DNA of 64,000 bases from the human T2T-CHM13v2.0 reference genome, Homo sapiens. Shown one piece after another: positions 44,899-57,838 of the stretch. The notes beneath the pieces are model-generated. The model worked only from the letters and a program-made list of their open reading frames with translations. It searched no databases and was not told the DNA's origin. The stretch is from the NCBI RefSeq assembly GCF_009914755.1, contig NC_060932.1. The stretch is one strand, 5' to 3'. The position numbers and the translations under genes were made by a program. How positions within the stretch are numbered: the first letter of the stretch is position 1; every line of letters starts with the position of its first letter.

Positions 44899-46483
44899 GG
44901 AAGGAAGGAAGAAAAGAAGGAAGGAAGGCAGGGAGGAAACTCAGGGATGCATACCTTTCGACCTCTCTAACAGTGGTCACCCTACATTAATAATCAGTAT
45001 GTGTTGAGAAGCCAAAAGGTAGATTGTTGATGAGATGTAGACATCAGAGAAATCAGCCAAGCTCTGATGTAAGCTGTGGTCTTTGCAAAAATAGAGACAA
45101 TTTTTTTTTTGTACCTAAGAATAAAAGAGCTCTAAAGTCAGATAACCCTGGTTTCAAAACTTTTGCTCTGCCATTCATCAACTGAGTGATCTTGTGCAAA
45201 TAATTCAACCTTTCAAAGCTCCAGTGTCTCCTGTTTATTTGGTGATGGCTATAGTGTCAACCTCCTACTGTTTGTCTCAGGAAAAAAAAAAATCTTAGGA
45301 GGAGTCAATTGCTACCCAATACCTATCCACACAGAGTTGTGTTTTAACTAGGATCACCACAAGAGTTTCAACCCCATCAAAAAGTGGGCAAAGGATGTGA
45401 ACAGACATTTCTCAAAAAAAGACATTTATGCAGCCAACAAACATGAAAAAAAGCTCATCATCACTGGTCATTAGAGAAATGCAAATGAACCTAACCTGTA
45501 AGAGGAACTTTTAAGTCAACTTCTGGATACCTGAAATCACACAAGATACTACTTTCCTCCATAAAGCCTGGAATGTCTCAAAAAAATCCCTAAAATTTAA
45601 AACTTAATAAGGACAACTTTGCCTTTTAGGGCCCATGGAATTAGAGGCTGGTAGGGAAACTTTGGCCATTTTGGGTGTGGGAGAAAGATGGTCGTAGATA
45701 AGGCCTAAAATTGTAGGAACACACTGAATTTCACTTATTAAATGTTAGCATAACTTAAGTTTACATAATTTAATAAAATAATATAGAAACTCCTCTGTCA
45801 CTCCAGTAAGAATGAACATTCTTGAACACCTATCACGTACCATGAGTCTTGAAAGTGGTATCTTAGTTGACATAACTTTTATATGAGATAGGTATTTTCT
45901 CTGAGCAAGTCAATGCAGGTTATACAACTAGTGATTGAGCTGGGATTTGAACTATCCACAATCAAAACTTTTGCTTATTTTACAGTCTTTCTTGCTAAAA
46001 AAGAAAGATAATATTTTTTGAATAAAGGAACACATCTCTAGTGAGATAAACTAGTTCTGTGTGTTTGACAGCAATAGAGCTTGAGGTTCAGAGAATGAAC
46101 AGGGTCGTGCATAAAAGGTTGTCTGAATTGCACTTCCCTAACAAAGGGGGAAAGTCTGCATCAGGTGGGTCATGGTGGGCCAAGTGGGTAAAGGTCAGTG
46201 CTCCTTAATCACTTCCCAAATGTTCCGCTTCTTAATACTATTGCATTGGGGATTAGATTTCAGCATGAATTTTGGGGGAGAGACACAAACACTCATACCA
46301 CAGCAAATAATGATGGTGATAATACTACTGATAATAATAATAATAATAATACCACTAGAAAGTAAAGTGGAGGCTGAAATCTGTTGTCTACATTCCTGTC
46401 TCCTACACTTACACCCTGAAAGCAAGCCTCTTTATTGCCTCCCACCCCTTATTTAAAACCAGTTGGCCCTACTGGAAACCCAC

Positions 46484-46560
46484 CTTGCAGTTGGTTCCTC
46501 CACCCTCCACAGGCTGTGTGCTGTATGTCCCTTGGGACAAGGACACCTGAAAGCAGCTCC
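46484..46560 (-). other. Candidate first non-coding exon of the ZNF705 transcript
   Basis: Good donor CAAG|gtgggt at 46483; unique sequence upstream of the 42438-42587 exon. The 5' boundary is not determinable from sequence. Confidence 0.35.
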
Positions 46561-46856
46561 AGTGACCACATAATTAGGGGTCATATCAATGGGCAGAGGC
46601 AGAGCTTAGTGAGGTCATGCAGAAGGCATTGTGACCCTATTGACAGAAGTCAGGTTTGAGTGGCAGTGAGGGAAAGAAGGGTGGTAGGATGTGGGGACTC
46701 TGTAGCACCCCTTTCATAGGGTTTCCCTGAAAAGCTGGGCAAATGCAAAAGATGAGAGCTCTTGTGTGTCCAATAAGTGTTTTTCTTTTAGTTGGTATAG
46801 ATGCAGTAGAGGGGAATAAGAGATAGATTAGGTGAGAGAAAGAATTGCTGGAGTCC

Positions 46857-47211
46857 TGATGCGATTTGGCTCTGTGTCTCCACCCAAATCTCATCTCTAA
46901 TTGTAATCCCCACATGTCAAGGGAGGGATCTGGTGGGAGGTGATTAGATCGAGGAGGCAGTTTCTCCCATGCTGTTCTTGTAATAGTGAGTGAGTTCTCA
47001 TGAAATCTGATGGTTTAAAAATGGTGCTTCCCTCTTCTCTCTCTCTCCTGCTGCCATGTAAGATGTGCCTACTTCCTCTTTGCCTTCTGCCATGATTGTA
47101 AGTTTCCTCAGGCCTCCCCAACCCTGCGGAACTGTGAGTCAATTAAACCTATCTTTTTTTTTTTTTAATAAATTACTCAGTTCTTTATAGCGGTGTGAAA
47201 TGGGCTAATAC
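46857..47211 (+). mobile_element. MSTA/THE1D-type MaLR LTR
   Basis: tgatgcgatttggctctgtgtctccacccaaatctcatc ... aactgtgagtcaattaaacc ... gggctaatac. Confidence 0.88.
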
Positions 47212-47251
47212 GAGTCCTGTCTATGAGTAAGCAAGGAAATGCGATCTACGA

Positions 47252-47478
47252 CCCTTTCTCTCTTCTTCCCTCTTTACCCTTCCCACCTTTGTTCCCTCCT
47301 TTCCTCTCTCCTTCCTTCCCTCCCTTTTCTTTATTCCTCCCTCCCTGCTTTCCTCCCTCTCCTTTCCCCCTCCCTTTCCTTCTTCCTTTTTCCATCCCTT
47401 CTGTCTTTTCTTACCATTCTTTCTCTCTCTCTCTCTCTTTCAGTGCCCTGTCTTTTTTTTTTTTTTAACTTCTCTTTC
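47252..47478. repeat. Pyrimidine-rich (CT/CCTT) low-complexity tract
   Basis: More than 200 nt almost entirely C/T. Confidence 0.9.
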
Positions 47479-48744
47479 AATACATGCCGGGACAAAATAA
47501 AGGAATAGCGAAGCTAAAGTCATCTGAAAGCCAAAGTTGTGATGGAGAACAGTGAAGAGACCACATGGGGCACTTATGGCAAGGGTTCACCGTATAAAGT
47601 GCCCCAGGCATATATTATGAGCTTCTCTAGGTGCCCCAAAACTCTTCCATTTAATTATAAAAGGATATACTCGTAAAGAGATAGCCAGAATTTCTATCCT
47701 TGAAATAAAATTAATCATTTTACTTCCATTTAAAATGGCACTTATCCCTTAAATATAGGCACCCCAGTCTTGCCAAGAAAAAGCGATGGGATCATCACAG
47801 GTAATTTCAGTCTGTTAGGTTGGGCCATGAAAACATAAAACTCTGAAACCTCCTCTAAAGCTATATGTACCTTCAATGTTAAAGGGAAGGTGCTTAGTTT
47901 TCACAAACTGTTCAAATAGTCTATCTGGTCTAGAGAAAGAATTAGTAATAAACTACAATCTAACCTCAATTTATGTCAACCCTCTTGTTTCTCAGCTCCC
48001 TCTTATCTGGAGCAGGCAACAAGGACAAAAATGGCAAAGTGAAGAGCAGGTAACCGACATTCATAGCTGGTGGCTGACCAGCCAAGTGACAAGCCAAGAT
48101 TGCTACCTTCTTAAGAGTCTGACACTTTCTACACAAATGCAGATTCTAAGAACGTACATTTTTGACCTCAGGTTTTTATGGATTATGATCTTTCACTTCT
48201 GGAACTCAGATGAGGGTTGAAGGCATTAAAGGCAGCCTGATGTTTTGCAAGGCAGCAATTTGCTGTTTTTTGGGGTTTTTTTTTTTTTTTTTGGTTTTTT
48301 TTTTTTTAAGAATAGCACTTTGGAGGTGTGTGATTGATTAATAAAGAATTAGACCTTGAACCAGAAGAATAAATCTCTGACAGTACATATTTACTCTTTG
48401 CAAATTCTATGGAGGAAGTGCTTTTGGTGTAGGAATATCCTGGAGATATGAAATCATGGAATGGATACATATGTCTTCCACCCTCACCTAAGACTGAATC
48501 TGTTCACAATAAATTCCAAGCTACAGATCTGAAATAAATGGGCTATTCATGTAATACTGAGCTCAGAGTGCCTTCTGAGGGAGGAAGAGTTATCATATGA
48601 GCCTTGCTCATTTCTAGGAAAAAAACATAGAAAGTTCAGTAACTTGTTGCGAGTTTTTCATCATTTTTTCTCCATTAAACAAATGTAGGCTTAGGTCATT
48701 TGTGTTACTAATTTTATGCTCAATTCATGATTTGAAACTAGGAT

Positions 48745-49050
48745 ATAGTCGACCCTCTGTGTTGATCTGAAAATACTCAGGAAAAAAGAAATGTGTCTGG
48801 TCTGAACATATACAGGCTTTTTTTGGTCATTATTCCCTAAACAATATAAGTTAACACCCATTTACTTAGCATTTACATCGATTTAGGATTTACAGGTAAT
48901 CTAGAGATGATGTAAAGTACATAGGAGGAAATGCAAAGGTTATATGACAATACCCATGCCATTTTACATCAAGGACTTCAGCATCTGAGGAATTTTATAT
49001 CCACAGAGGACCTGAAACCAATCCCCCCCGGATACCAAGCAGCAACTATA
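48745..49050. mobile_element. MER2/Tigger-type DNA transposon (MITE)
   Basis: Ends ta-tagtcgaccctctgt and ggatacc..caactata; internal aggtaatctagagatgat..aaagta. Confidence 0.7.
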
Positions 49051-49054
49051 TTTG

Positions 49055-49552
49055 TTAATTACTGCTGAAGTAGTAAATTGTCATTAACCTTAGTGACTTT
49101 AAACAATGCTAATTAATTATCTTACAGTTTGGGGGAATAAAATATCCAAAATCAAGGTGTCAGCAAGACTGTGTTCCTTCCTAGAGTCTCTAAGTGAGAA
49201 TCTTTGTTTGCTTTTTTGTTTTGTTTTGCATTTTCAAGCTTTAGAAGCTGCCCAACTTCCTTGGCCTGTGGCTTCTTCATCTCAAAGCCAGCAATGCCTG
49301 TCAAGTCATTCTAACATCACATCATGAAGACACTGACTGTTCTGTCTCTTTCCAAATTTAATGATCCTTTTGATTACATTGGTCTCGTTCACCTAATCTA
49401 AGATAATCTCCCTATTTGAAAGTCAGCTGATTAGCAACTTTAATTCTGTCTGCTGACATTAATTCTTATCTGCTATGTAAAGAAGCATAATCATAGGTTC
49501 TAGGAATTGGGACATGGACATCTTTGGGAGGCCATTATTATGCCTACTACAC
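49055..49552. mobile_element. MLT1 LTR
   Basis: aaaatcaaggtgtcagca, gattacattgg..taatctaagataatctccctattt, ending ttatgcctactaca. Confidence 0.8.
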
Positions 49553-50917
49553 CTAGTAAAATAAAACTCGGTGTAGCAAATAAATACTTTGGCCACAAAA
49601 ATTGTCTTTAAGGAGAAAAATGTCTGTGAATAACTTTTTAGTATATGGACATTGCAAATATCATGGGATATATAATGTAAACTCTACCTAAACTTCCAGG
49701 CACCAGGAGAGCAACAAATTCATTCAAACTAAAAATGTCACATATTATAAAAATTAAATGATTAAATAAATAAGACTATCGGACAGGCCTGGGACCAAGG
49801 TGAGGTGGGTAAGTTTGAGTTGGACAATAGCAGGATTAGATTCTGTCCTTATTTAAAACTTGAATATTTTGTAGATCATGTGTTACTTTTGAATCAATTT
49901 TTTTTTTTACAAAAAAAAAAAAAAAAAAACACATACATTATAAGATCACTTATCTTGAGTGCAGAATTTTTTGATCCCCAAATTCTGCACCTGCATCCAG
50001 TGCCTCCCTCACCTCTTGGCCTGGTTAAAGGATCTACAAAAAATCTCTAGGTCTGATTTTTTTTTTCCAATCTTGATACTCTAGGAAATCCAATGGATTA
50101 TTTTAGACAAAAATGCATTTAGCTAGAGGTTGATGGTAGGCACATTAAGAGAAAAGTTAATATCAAGAAACAGAGAGCTTCATAGACATGTAGGGTATAC
50201 CTGCAGAGTTCACGATTTAACTATCAAACGAGTTAAACTGCCCAACGAGAGAGGGCAGGGCTAGGCAGGCATCTTGATGCTTCCCCTCAGAGTCTATACT
50301 GTCTTTCTTCTTGAGGTTTGCTCTCCTCTCATTGTGTTCTGCGCTATATTGCCCTCATTTAACTGTACCTTCAAAAAGGACCTGTTTTTAAGAGCTTTTA
50401 CATGAATCAAAATTATGTCTAGATGTGAGGAAATGCTTTGTGCAACTCAACTTTGCCATTAAATGTATAATAATTTATGAAGTAACAACTCTTCCTCAAT
50501 GACCACTACATACATGAATAAGAGAAAGTCCATACCTGTAGAGAGCTCATAGACTATTGGAGAAGTAAAAAATTAACCACATGAGCAGGAAGCACAATTG
50601 CATAAGTAGGCTAAACCAGAAGGAGGGAGTGCTTGTGAAGAACAGGAGGATAGGGCGTTCCCTCCTTAGTGGATCACCCTGATTCCAGGAGGAAAGAGGC
50701 CTTTGAGTTGGGACATTAATGAGGCACAGTCTTCCAGGAAGATGTGGGGTAGGTGAGGGCACGCAAAGAGAGGAAGTAGGAGGAGCAAAGCACAGTTATA
50801 GGAAAACAATGGGAATAATTGGGGAAGGTCAAGGGACCTAAAGGGAACAGATGTCACTAAGCCTCCCCCAAATCACAGCAGTGCCAGTCTCCTTGTCAGA
50901 AACTTATGACTCATAAT

Positions 50918-51673
50918 TATTCACTCACATCTCATGATCATGATGGAAAAGCTCAGGTTTGGAAAAGAAACTCACCGTGGATTTATTCAAGATGATACTG
51001 ACACAGACTTTGTGTCTTTCTGACATGGGGTTTTGAATTCTAACATCCCGTTGCTCCTGTTGGTTTTGGGTTGCTGGAGGAGCAACCCAAAAAACTCCTC
51101 CTGTGCCATCCCTGACCCCTGGTCTGGAGAGCTGGGAAGGACATTCCAAGGATGTCAGAGATTCGCTTGTCCGAAACCAACATTACACAATCACAATTGC
51201 AATTACTAGGATAAAGATTCCATGTCTTCGAACACCGTAGCTTAATTTGGTTTAAATGCGGCACGTCTCTGCTGAGTGAGCCCTTTCTGAATCCACATTA
51301 GTCACAGAAGCTTCTTGGACTCCTCGTTACTTTTTGCAGCATTTTATTCTGTCATGGCCATAGGTGCCAATCTGTTTCAAGCTTGTAGAGCAAACATTCA
51401 GAACACACACACACCTTTATTCCTGTGTCAGCTAGCAGGATTTCTTATATCTTTAGAAAAACCTAAAGAAAGGAAAAGAAAAAAAAGAAAAAAAACCCAG
51501 AAGCAATAAACAATAAGCAAATCAAAGGACAATAGGAGTGATAGGGTGTTAGAATTCAAAACCCCATGTCAGAAAAGCACAAAGCCTGTGTCGGTGTTGA
51601 CTTGAATAAATCTCTGGTGAGTTTCTTTTCCAAGCCTGGGATTTTCATCATGATCATGAGACATGAGTGAATG
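50918..51673. repeat. Imperfect inverted repeat, arms ~50918-51048 and ~51544-51673
   Basis: tctgacatggggttttgaattctaaca pairs with tgttagaattcaaaaccccatgtcaga; ctcatgatcatgatg with catcatgatcatgag; ggaaaagaaactcacc with ggtgagtttcttttcc. Confidence 0.9.
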
Positions 51674-52008
51674 ATGACGTGAACCTAAGTTTCTTAAAAG
51701 GAGGCTGGCCCTGACGTGGTTTGGGAATGTTTAGTTCCTGGAACCAGAATGTGAAAGACCGATCTCTGCTAAGTGACTGGGGCCTCCAGATGGGCTCAGG
51801 TAGCAGCTCAACAAGGATTTCTTGAGAATTCAGCTCCACCACACAAAAATAACCTCAAAGCTACCCTACCTCCATTTACACACACAGGCCAGTAACCTCT
51901 GCTTTCCAAATCATGAAGTCCGTTAAGTTTTTAAAATGAGATGCAAGAAAAAGATGTGGCTCAAATGGCAGAAATTGTTTAATGTGAATTTAATATGAAA
52001 GTAACTTA

Positions 52009-52449
<441 letters not shown>

Positions 52450-53408
52450 CTAAATTCTCTTCTCAATCTCACCCTTCCATTTGTCCTCCCTCCTTCCTTT
52501 CCTCCTTTCCTCCCTTTTGTCTCTTCCTTCATACTCTCCTAAGTGGTGGAATATCGCCCAATGTCTGTGCCTCCAGGAGCCCTGCTGCTCCTCTGTAACC
52601 CAAAATCCATAAACAATATGGATAAAATGAGGCTTTTTCTATGTAATTTCTATCAGATTAGACATCTCAGGTCTTAGTCTCAAATTATCTTTCTCTCTCC
52701 CTTCCTCCCTTCCACTCTCCTTTTCTTCCTTCACCCTTTTATTTTATTCTTATAACATCAAGGAGAAAATAAAATTAGGCATTCCATTTTAAAAGTGGCT
52801 TTCAATAGGCATTTTTGTTCTGTGAACCTAGAGCAGCCACAGAGGGCAAGTGTTCTCCAGGGCCTTCCATCTGAAAAGACGAAGGGCCAGTGTCCCAAAC
52901 ACAACTTCCCAAAGTACAGGCTGCGCCTTATCACTACCTGAAATTCTCTAGGTCACTCAAATCTACACTTTAAATATAAAAATTTAGAAAATGACATTCT
53001 GTACTTACTTCTTTGGATAAAATCAAAATTTCTCACTTTTATTGAAAAATAAAAGTCACCTGACAGTTTTCAACCATAGTCTTAGCAGTCATAGAGTGAA
53101 GATCAGGGAGGAGATGAGATTTACAGGCTACTGGGCCCCTCTGGCTTAGAAGAGGGAGTGAGGCGGCCATGAAGCTCTTAAACTCCTTTCATATTGAAGG
53201 AAATGGAGTTTGGTTCAACAAAGCAAGGCATGCAATCTACTCAGTCTAGAAGTGATAGTAGAAGAAAGAGAGAAAGGGACAAAGGGAGTCAAGCTGTAGG
53301 GGAGACAGGGAGAGAGGGAGTGCCCTGACACTGAGAGAAATACAAGAGGCAGAGAAAGGAGACAAAGGAGAGATATAGACATGAGAGACAGAGAAAAAGA
53401 GAGAGAGT

Positions 53409-53497
53409 GTCTACGGCCATAGCACCTTGAACATGTTTGATCTCCTCTGATCTTGTAAGCTAAGCAGGAGTGGGCCTAACTAGTACTTGGATGAGAG
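53409..53497 (+). pseudogene. 5S rRNA pseudogene (RNA5SP type), 3'-truncated
   Basis: gtctacggccatagcaccttgaac...tgatct..taagctaagcagg..gggcct..tagtacttggatgagaga follows human 5S rRNA positions ~1-90 with many substitutions. Confidence 0.9.
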
Positions 53498-53689
53498 AGA
53501 AAGAGGTGAGAGAGAGGCAAGAGAGAGCCTCTACCCCATTTTTCCACTTTTCCAAGCCTCCTATTTCCCTGACTCATCTCATGTGGAAGAGGCATCAGGA
53601 ATATGAAGCGGAATAAGAAGAGAAGATAAGGACCCTTATGGGTGATGGCTGGGAGCTTCACCATGAGCTGAGGCTGGGGAGGACACCGA

Positions 53690-54270
53690 GCCTTCCATCT
53701 AAACAGGTCTTGGCCCCTGGTCACTGGGCAGAATTTGGAACAGGTATTGCCTACCACATCAGTAATTACAGTGATTGAAACTGACCACCTTACTGGGGGC
53801 ATCAGACAAATGGCCCTCTGAGAGAAAAGTATACCCAGGAGCTCTTATGCAAATTTGGACACAAGAAACCCCAGAACATCCCCTCGTTCTGCTCATATGA
53901 CCAGGGCTTCTTTCTGTCTTGTATCATTTGGGACCTGGGATGTGAATGGAGTGAGGGGCAAGGTCTTTCTTACAGGGGAACAGACTCAGGGTCTGTGAAC
54001 TGGAGATCACCTGCCTGCTCTGTGGGATGTCCTGTTTTTCCTGAATGTCTAGGGACAGTCTCAGGCCAAACTGGGAGCCGGTTCCATCTAGTTCTATCCA
54101 TTGCTGGGACATTCAGCTCCTGGGGATGATACAGGGCTGGCTCAAACCCAGGGACCTGGGAGGGGCTCACGGCTTCTGGCAGCTCCAGGAGCATGGTGGG
54201 CCCCGTCCTCACAGATCTGAGCTGGTGAAATTCATGTGAAAGGTGCCCTGAAATTCTCCGTCATCACCAT
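53690..54270 (-). promoter_or_regulatory. Decayed DEFB4-type inducible promoter
   Basis: Minus strand has gggatgttctggggtttctt (tandem NF-kB-like, ~53864-53883), atttgcataa (octamer/C/EBP, ~53845-53854) and ggagaatttcagggcacctttcac (~54236-54259). Order and spacing match the recalled hBD-2 promoter; the TATA box has eroded to tgtttag. Confidence 0.65.
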
Positions 54271-54577
54271 GGGACAGAGATGAGGCAGATGGGTGCCCAC
54301 TTCCTTCCTCTGAGAAGGAGAATGGGAGGGTGGGATTGTGACTACATGTGTCCCCTCAGAGTCCACCCAGGCCCAGGCCAGGAGGTGGCCTACCACCCAC
54401 ACTTGAGTTCCCTCCATTCACACCGACACTCAGGGAATGTCAGCTCCACAGGACTTCAGGGCTTTGGGAGCCAGGGCTTTCCCTGCTTTCCACAGACGTC
54501 AGTGCTAAGTGAGCTCAATACCGTTGGGATTTGGTAGAGAAGCACGGAGTGGGGGTGCAAGGCCTCCACGTGGTGTC

Positions 54578-54964
54578 TTTCACGTGCATCCGTGTGAAGA
54601 GACCACCAAACAGGCTTTATGTGAGCAATAAAGCTTTTTAATCACCTGGGTGCAGGTGGGCTGAGTCAGCGTAGGGAGATAGGGGTGGGGCCGTTTTACA
54701 GGATTTGAGTAGGTAATGGAAAATTACAGTCAAAGGGGGTTGTTCTCTGGCTGGCAGGGGTGGAGGTCACAAGTTGCTCAGTGAGGGAGCTTTTGAGCCA
54801 GGATGAGCCAGGCCAAGGAATTTCACAAGGTAATGTCATCAGTTAAGGCATGAACAGTCCATTTTCACTTCTTTTGTGATTCTTCAGTTACTTCAGGCCA
54901 TCTGGATGTATACGTGCAGGTCACAGGGGATATGATGGCTTAGCTTGGGCTCAGAGGTCTGACA
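54578..54964 (-). mobile_element. Solo HERV-H LTR (LTR7 family, probably LTR7B/C)
   Basis: Reverse complement starts tgtcagacctctgagcccaagctaagccatcatatcccctgtgacctgcacg and ends tcttcacacggatgcacgtgaaa; 5-bp near-TSD gtgtc/gtctc. Confidence 0.92.
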
Positions 54965-57534
54965 GTCTCCCTATTGGTGATGGGACCCACTTCTGCAGAA
55001 GCCCTGTGTTTTCAGAGCTGTGCAAGGTCTCTGGGGACCCTCAGGACCCTGTCCTTCCTCCATAACCCAGAGTAGCAATCGGTGGCCACAGGCAATGGAC
55101 AGAGCCCCTGGTGTCAGATGCTCAGGGGTGGGGCTTTTCAAGGGAAAATAAGTGGCATTCATCCTGGTTCCTCCCTCTTTGGATCCAAGGGAAGCTTGAG
55201 AGACAAGCAGGCCCCAGTGTCAGGTGTAGCGATGACACCAAGGTGTAGCGGTGACAGCCATGGGGACAATGAGCCTTGAGCCATGGTCTACATTTTAAAT
55301 GTCACACTTTAAGAATTCACAGTTTGAGGCAGGCCAGGGGTGTTTTTAAAGAAAGCTGCAATGGATTCTATGAACAAGATCTTTAATGTCTTTCTTATCA
55401 TGAAAGGAAGTTTCCGATGGGGTAGGCAAAGAGAGGGCTGGGTTGGGTGCCCTCACAACTGCTAAAGGAATCTGAATCCAGGGCTACAGCTGACTCAGCA
55501 GGGAGTCACTCCCTTTGTCAGAACTTTGTTTTCCTCTGTGCTGAGCAGGCTGGAATTGAGGGGCAGACTCATTCATTTCCTGACACTAAAACTATTCCTG
55601 GCCAAGGAAGCCAAATAGAAAAACTGAATGAAAAAAAAAAAAAAGCACATATGTGCTCTGTCTAAATTAATAAATAATTTAAAAAATATACTTTCTATGT
55701 CGCTGTCACCTTTTGAAAGTAGCAGGAAAATGTCATGACACTTCACCCTAATTATCTCAGCATGTATCTCTTATAAATAAGAAAAAAATTCCCGCATCAA
55801 TCACACTACCATTTATGCACATTAACAAGAAAATTTCCCTGGCCTGAACACTGGGACAGCAGCTGTAGGTGCTCAGGAAGCAAAGTGTCAGTAAATTATT
55901 GCAAAACAGAAGTCAGTGCATAGACATTGAAATTGTTCCAAGAATAGCTTCGTGGCTGTTGAGTTTTCTGGGTACATGTTCAATCCAGATTCACACATCG
56001 AATTAGGTTGTCACGCCTCTTTCCTTGTTGAGTAAACATTCTTAAGGAAATGCCATGGTATGTGGCAAGGGGCCTTACTGGAGTTATTACGTAACTCTTA
56101 TATGTAAATAAGAGTTTGAGTTAAGAGAGTGGTTCCCATCTTTTTCATGTGTGGCATCACTCCTGATTGATACGTCCTTAATGACTGCTGTACTTAACAT
56201 GATTATTATAAAAGTAATACACTTGCATTTAAAAACTCACCCATAGAAGAGTGTGAATTTCTCCTATAATCCCGTTGCAATCCCAGGAACCACTGACAGC
56301 ACTGTGGTTTTACACTTGTTGTCCTCTCTAGCTCTCAGTACATTTGTGAGGCCTTGTTAGAGAAGGAGGTGAAATTGCTCTGAAATAGGAAAGTCACTGT
56401 GAAATGCAGCACCTGTGTCCCTGGGGAAGAAGCCACCAAGGCTTAGGGAACATGGGCCTGGTTGCTCAAGGACAGCTGGGCTGACTGTTCCCATGAAGAT
56501 TCCTATGGTTGCAGCTATTCTTTTTTCCTGGCACAGCCCGATGTGACTCCTTCAGAGCAGTGTTCATCCTGGTGATACAGTGTGTTTGATAAAGATCAAG
56601 GGAGGAGCACTTTTGTCTTAAAGGTAGGGTTATTATCTTGCTTCAGCAAGGAAGACTATCCACCAGCACAGATATGGGTTTTTTCCCAAACCACAGGCTG
56701 TTTTCTGTGGCAAAGTGGCTCAGTTCCCCAGGCAAGAGTGGGCATTCCTTTAGATAGGCTCCCAGAAAGCAAAGTCTCTCATATCTATAATTTTAGAAAG
56801 CAAAGTTTCTCTGCACTGTGTCCTCAATGATAAATAACAGAAGCAGTTTTACTGGCTCTCAATTCTGGAGCCAGGACCAGCTTCACGGGCTTGAGGGCTG
56901 GGCAGTGACACAGGGACCTGCCCTCAGAAGGGCCAGTGCCTGGTAGCAGGCTCTGCCGACACCCTCTTGACCTTAGTTTTTTTTCTTTGAACTTCATTTT
57001 GTAAGTGAAGCCCACTGAGACAATGGAGCAGGCACATGAGCAGAGTGGCTATGAGGGGGGACAAGGTGGGCAGGCTCAGGCCCAGGGACATGAAGGCCAC
57101 ATGTTGGAGCTTGCTGCCCTGAGCACGGGTGCTTTGGAGCGGCCCAGGCACATCTCGACTGGGAAGGAAGATGGCAACGGACCAGGATGGGAGGTGGCAG
57201 CCGCAGCAGCAGGTGTCCTCAGCCCTGGGGTGAAAGGAGGGTCTCTGTGTGGACGCAGCACTGACACCTCTGTGCCTGTGCATTCTCAGAGTCATCCTTG
57301 GAGCTTCTGCACGAATATCTACCCCCTGACCTGAGCACCAGGACAGGAATCATAGGGCTCAGATAGCAAATTGGGAGGAGAGAAGCACAAAACAAAAGTG
57401 TGCCCATGGACATTGTGAAAGAGTATGCCAGGGAGTTCTTGGAATTCCTCAGAGAGTTTAGAGTTCTTCAAGGAGTTATCCAAGGCTCAGAAATATAAAT
57501 TAAATATATAATGATAGTCACAAAACTTCTGATG

Positions 57535-57838
57535 GGACAGGCATGGTGGGTCACACCTGTTATCCCAGCACATTGTGAAGCTCTGGTTAGAGGACTGTTT
57601 GAAGCCAGTTGTTGGAGACCACCATAGGCAGTATAGTGGGCAGTATAGTTAGACCCCAACATTAAAAAAAAAAAAAAAAGATTAGCTGAGCACAGTGGCA
57701 CATGCCCGTAGTCTTAGCTACTTGGGAGGCTGAGGTAGGAAGATCATACGAGTTCAGGAGTCTGAGGCTGCAGTGAGCCATGATCATGTCAACAGATGGA
57801 GACCCTACCTCAAAAAGAAAAGAAAAGAAAAGAAAATA
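57535..57838 (+). mobile_element. Old Alu (AluJ)
   Basis: Diverged dimer with central A-tract and (GAAAA)n tail. Confidence 0.85.

Noticed and set aside
49959-49990. Perfect 11-bp hairpin gtgcagaattt/aaattctgcac
   Set aside because: One such stem is plausible by chance in 64 kb, and there is no supporting context.
50536-50603. Minus-strand hydrophobic mini-ORF MQLCFLLMWLIFYFSNSL* followed by CAG|gtatg, resembling another defensin exon 1
   Set aside because: It has an in-frame stop, 68-nt geometry is not phase 1, and I found no matching six-Cys exon downstream.
56924-57413. GC-richer block with overlapping 60-120 aa ORFs
   Set aside because: No defensin signal or Cys motif and no consistent splice structure found.
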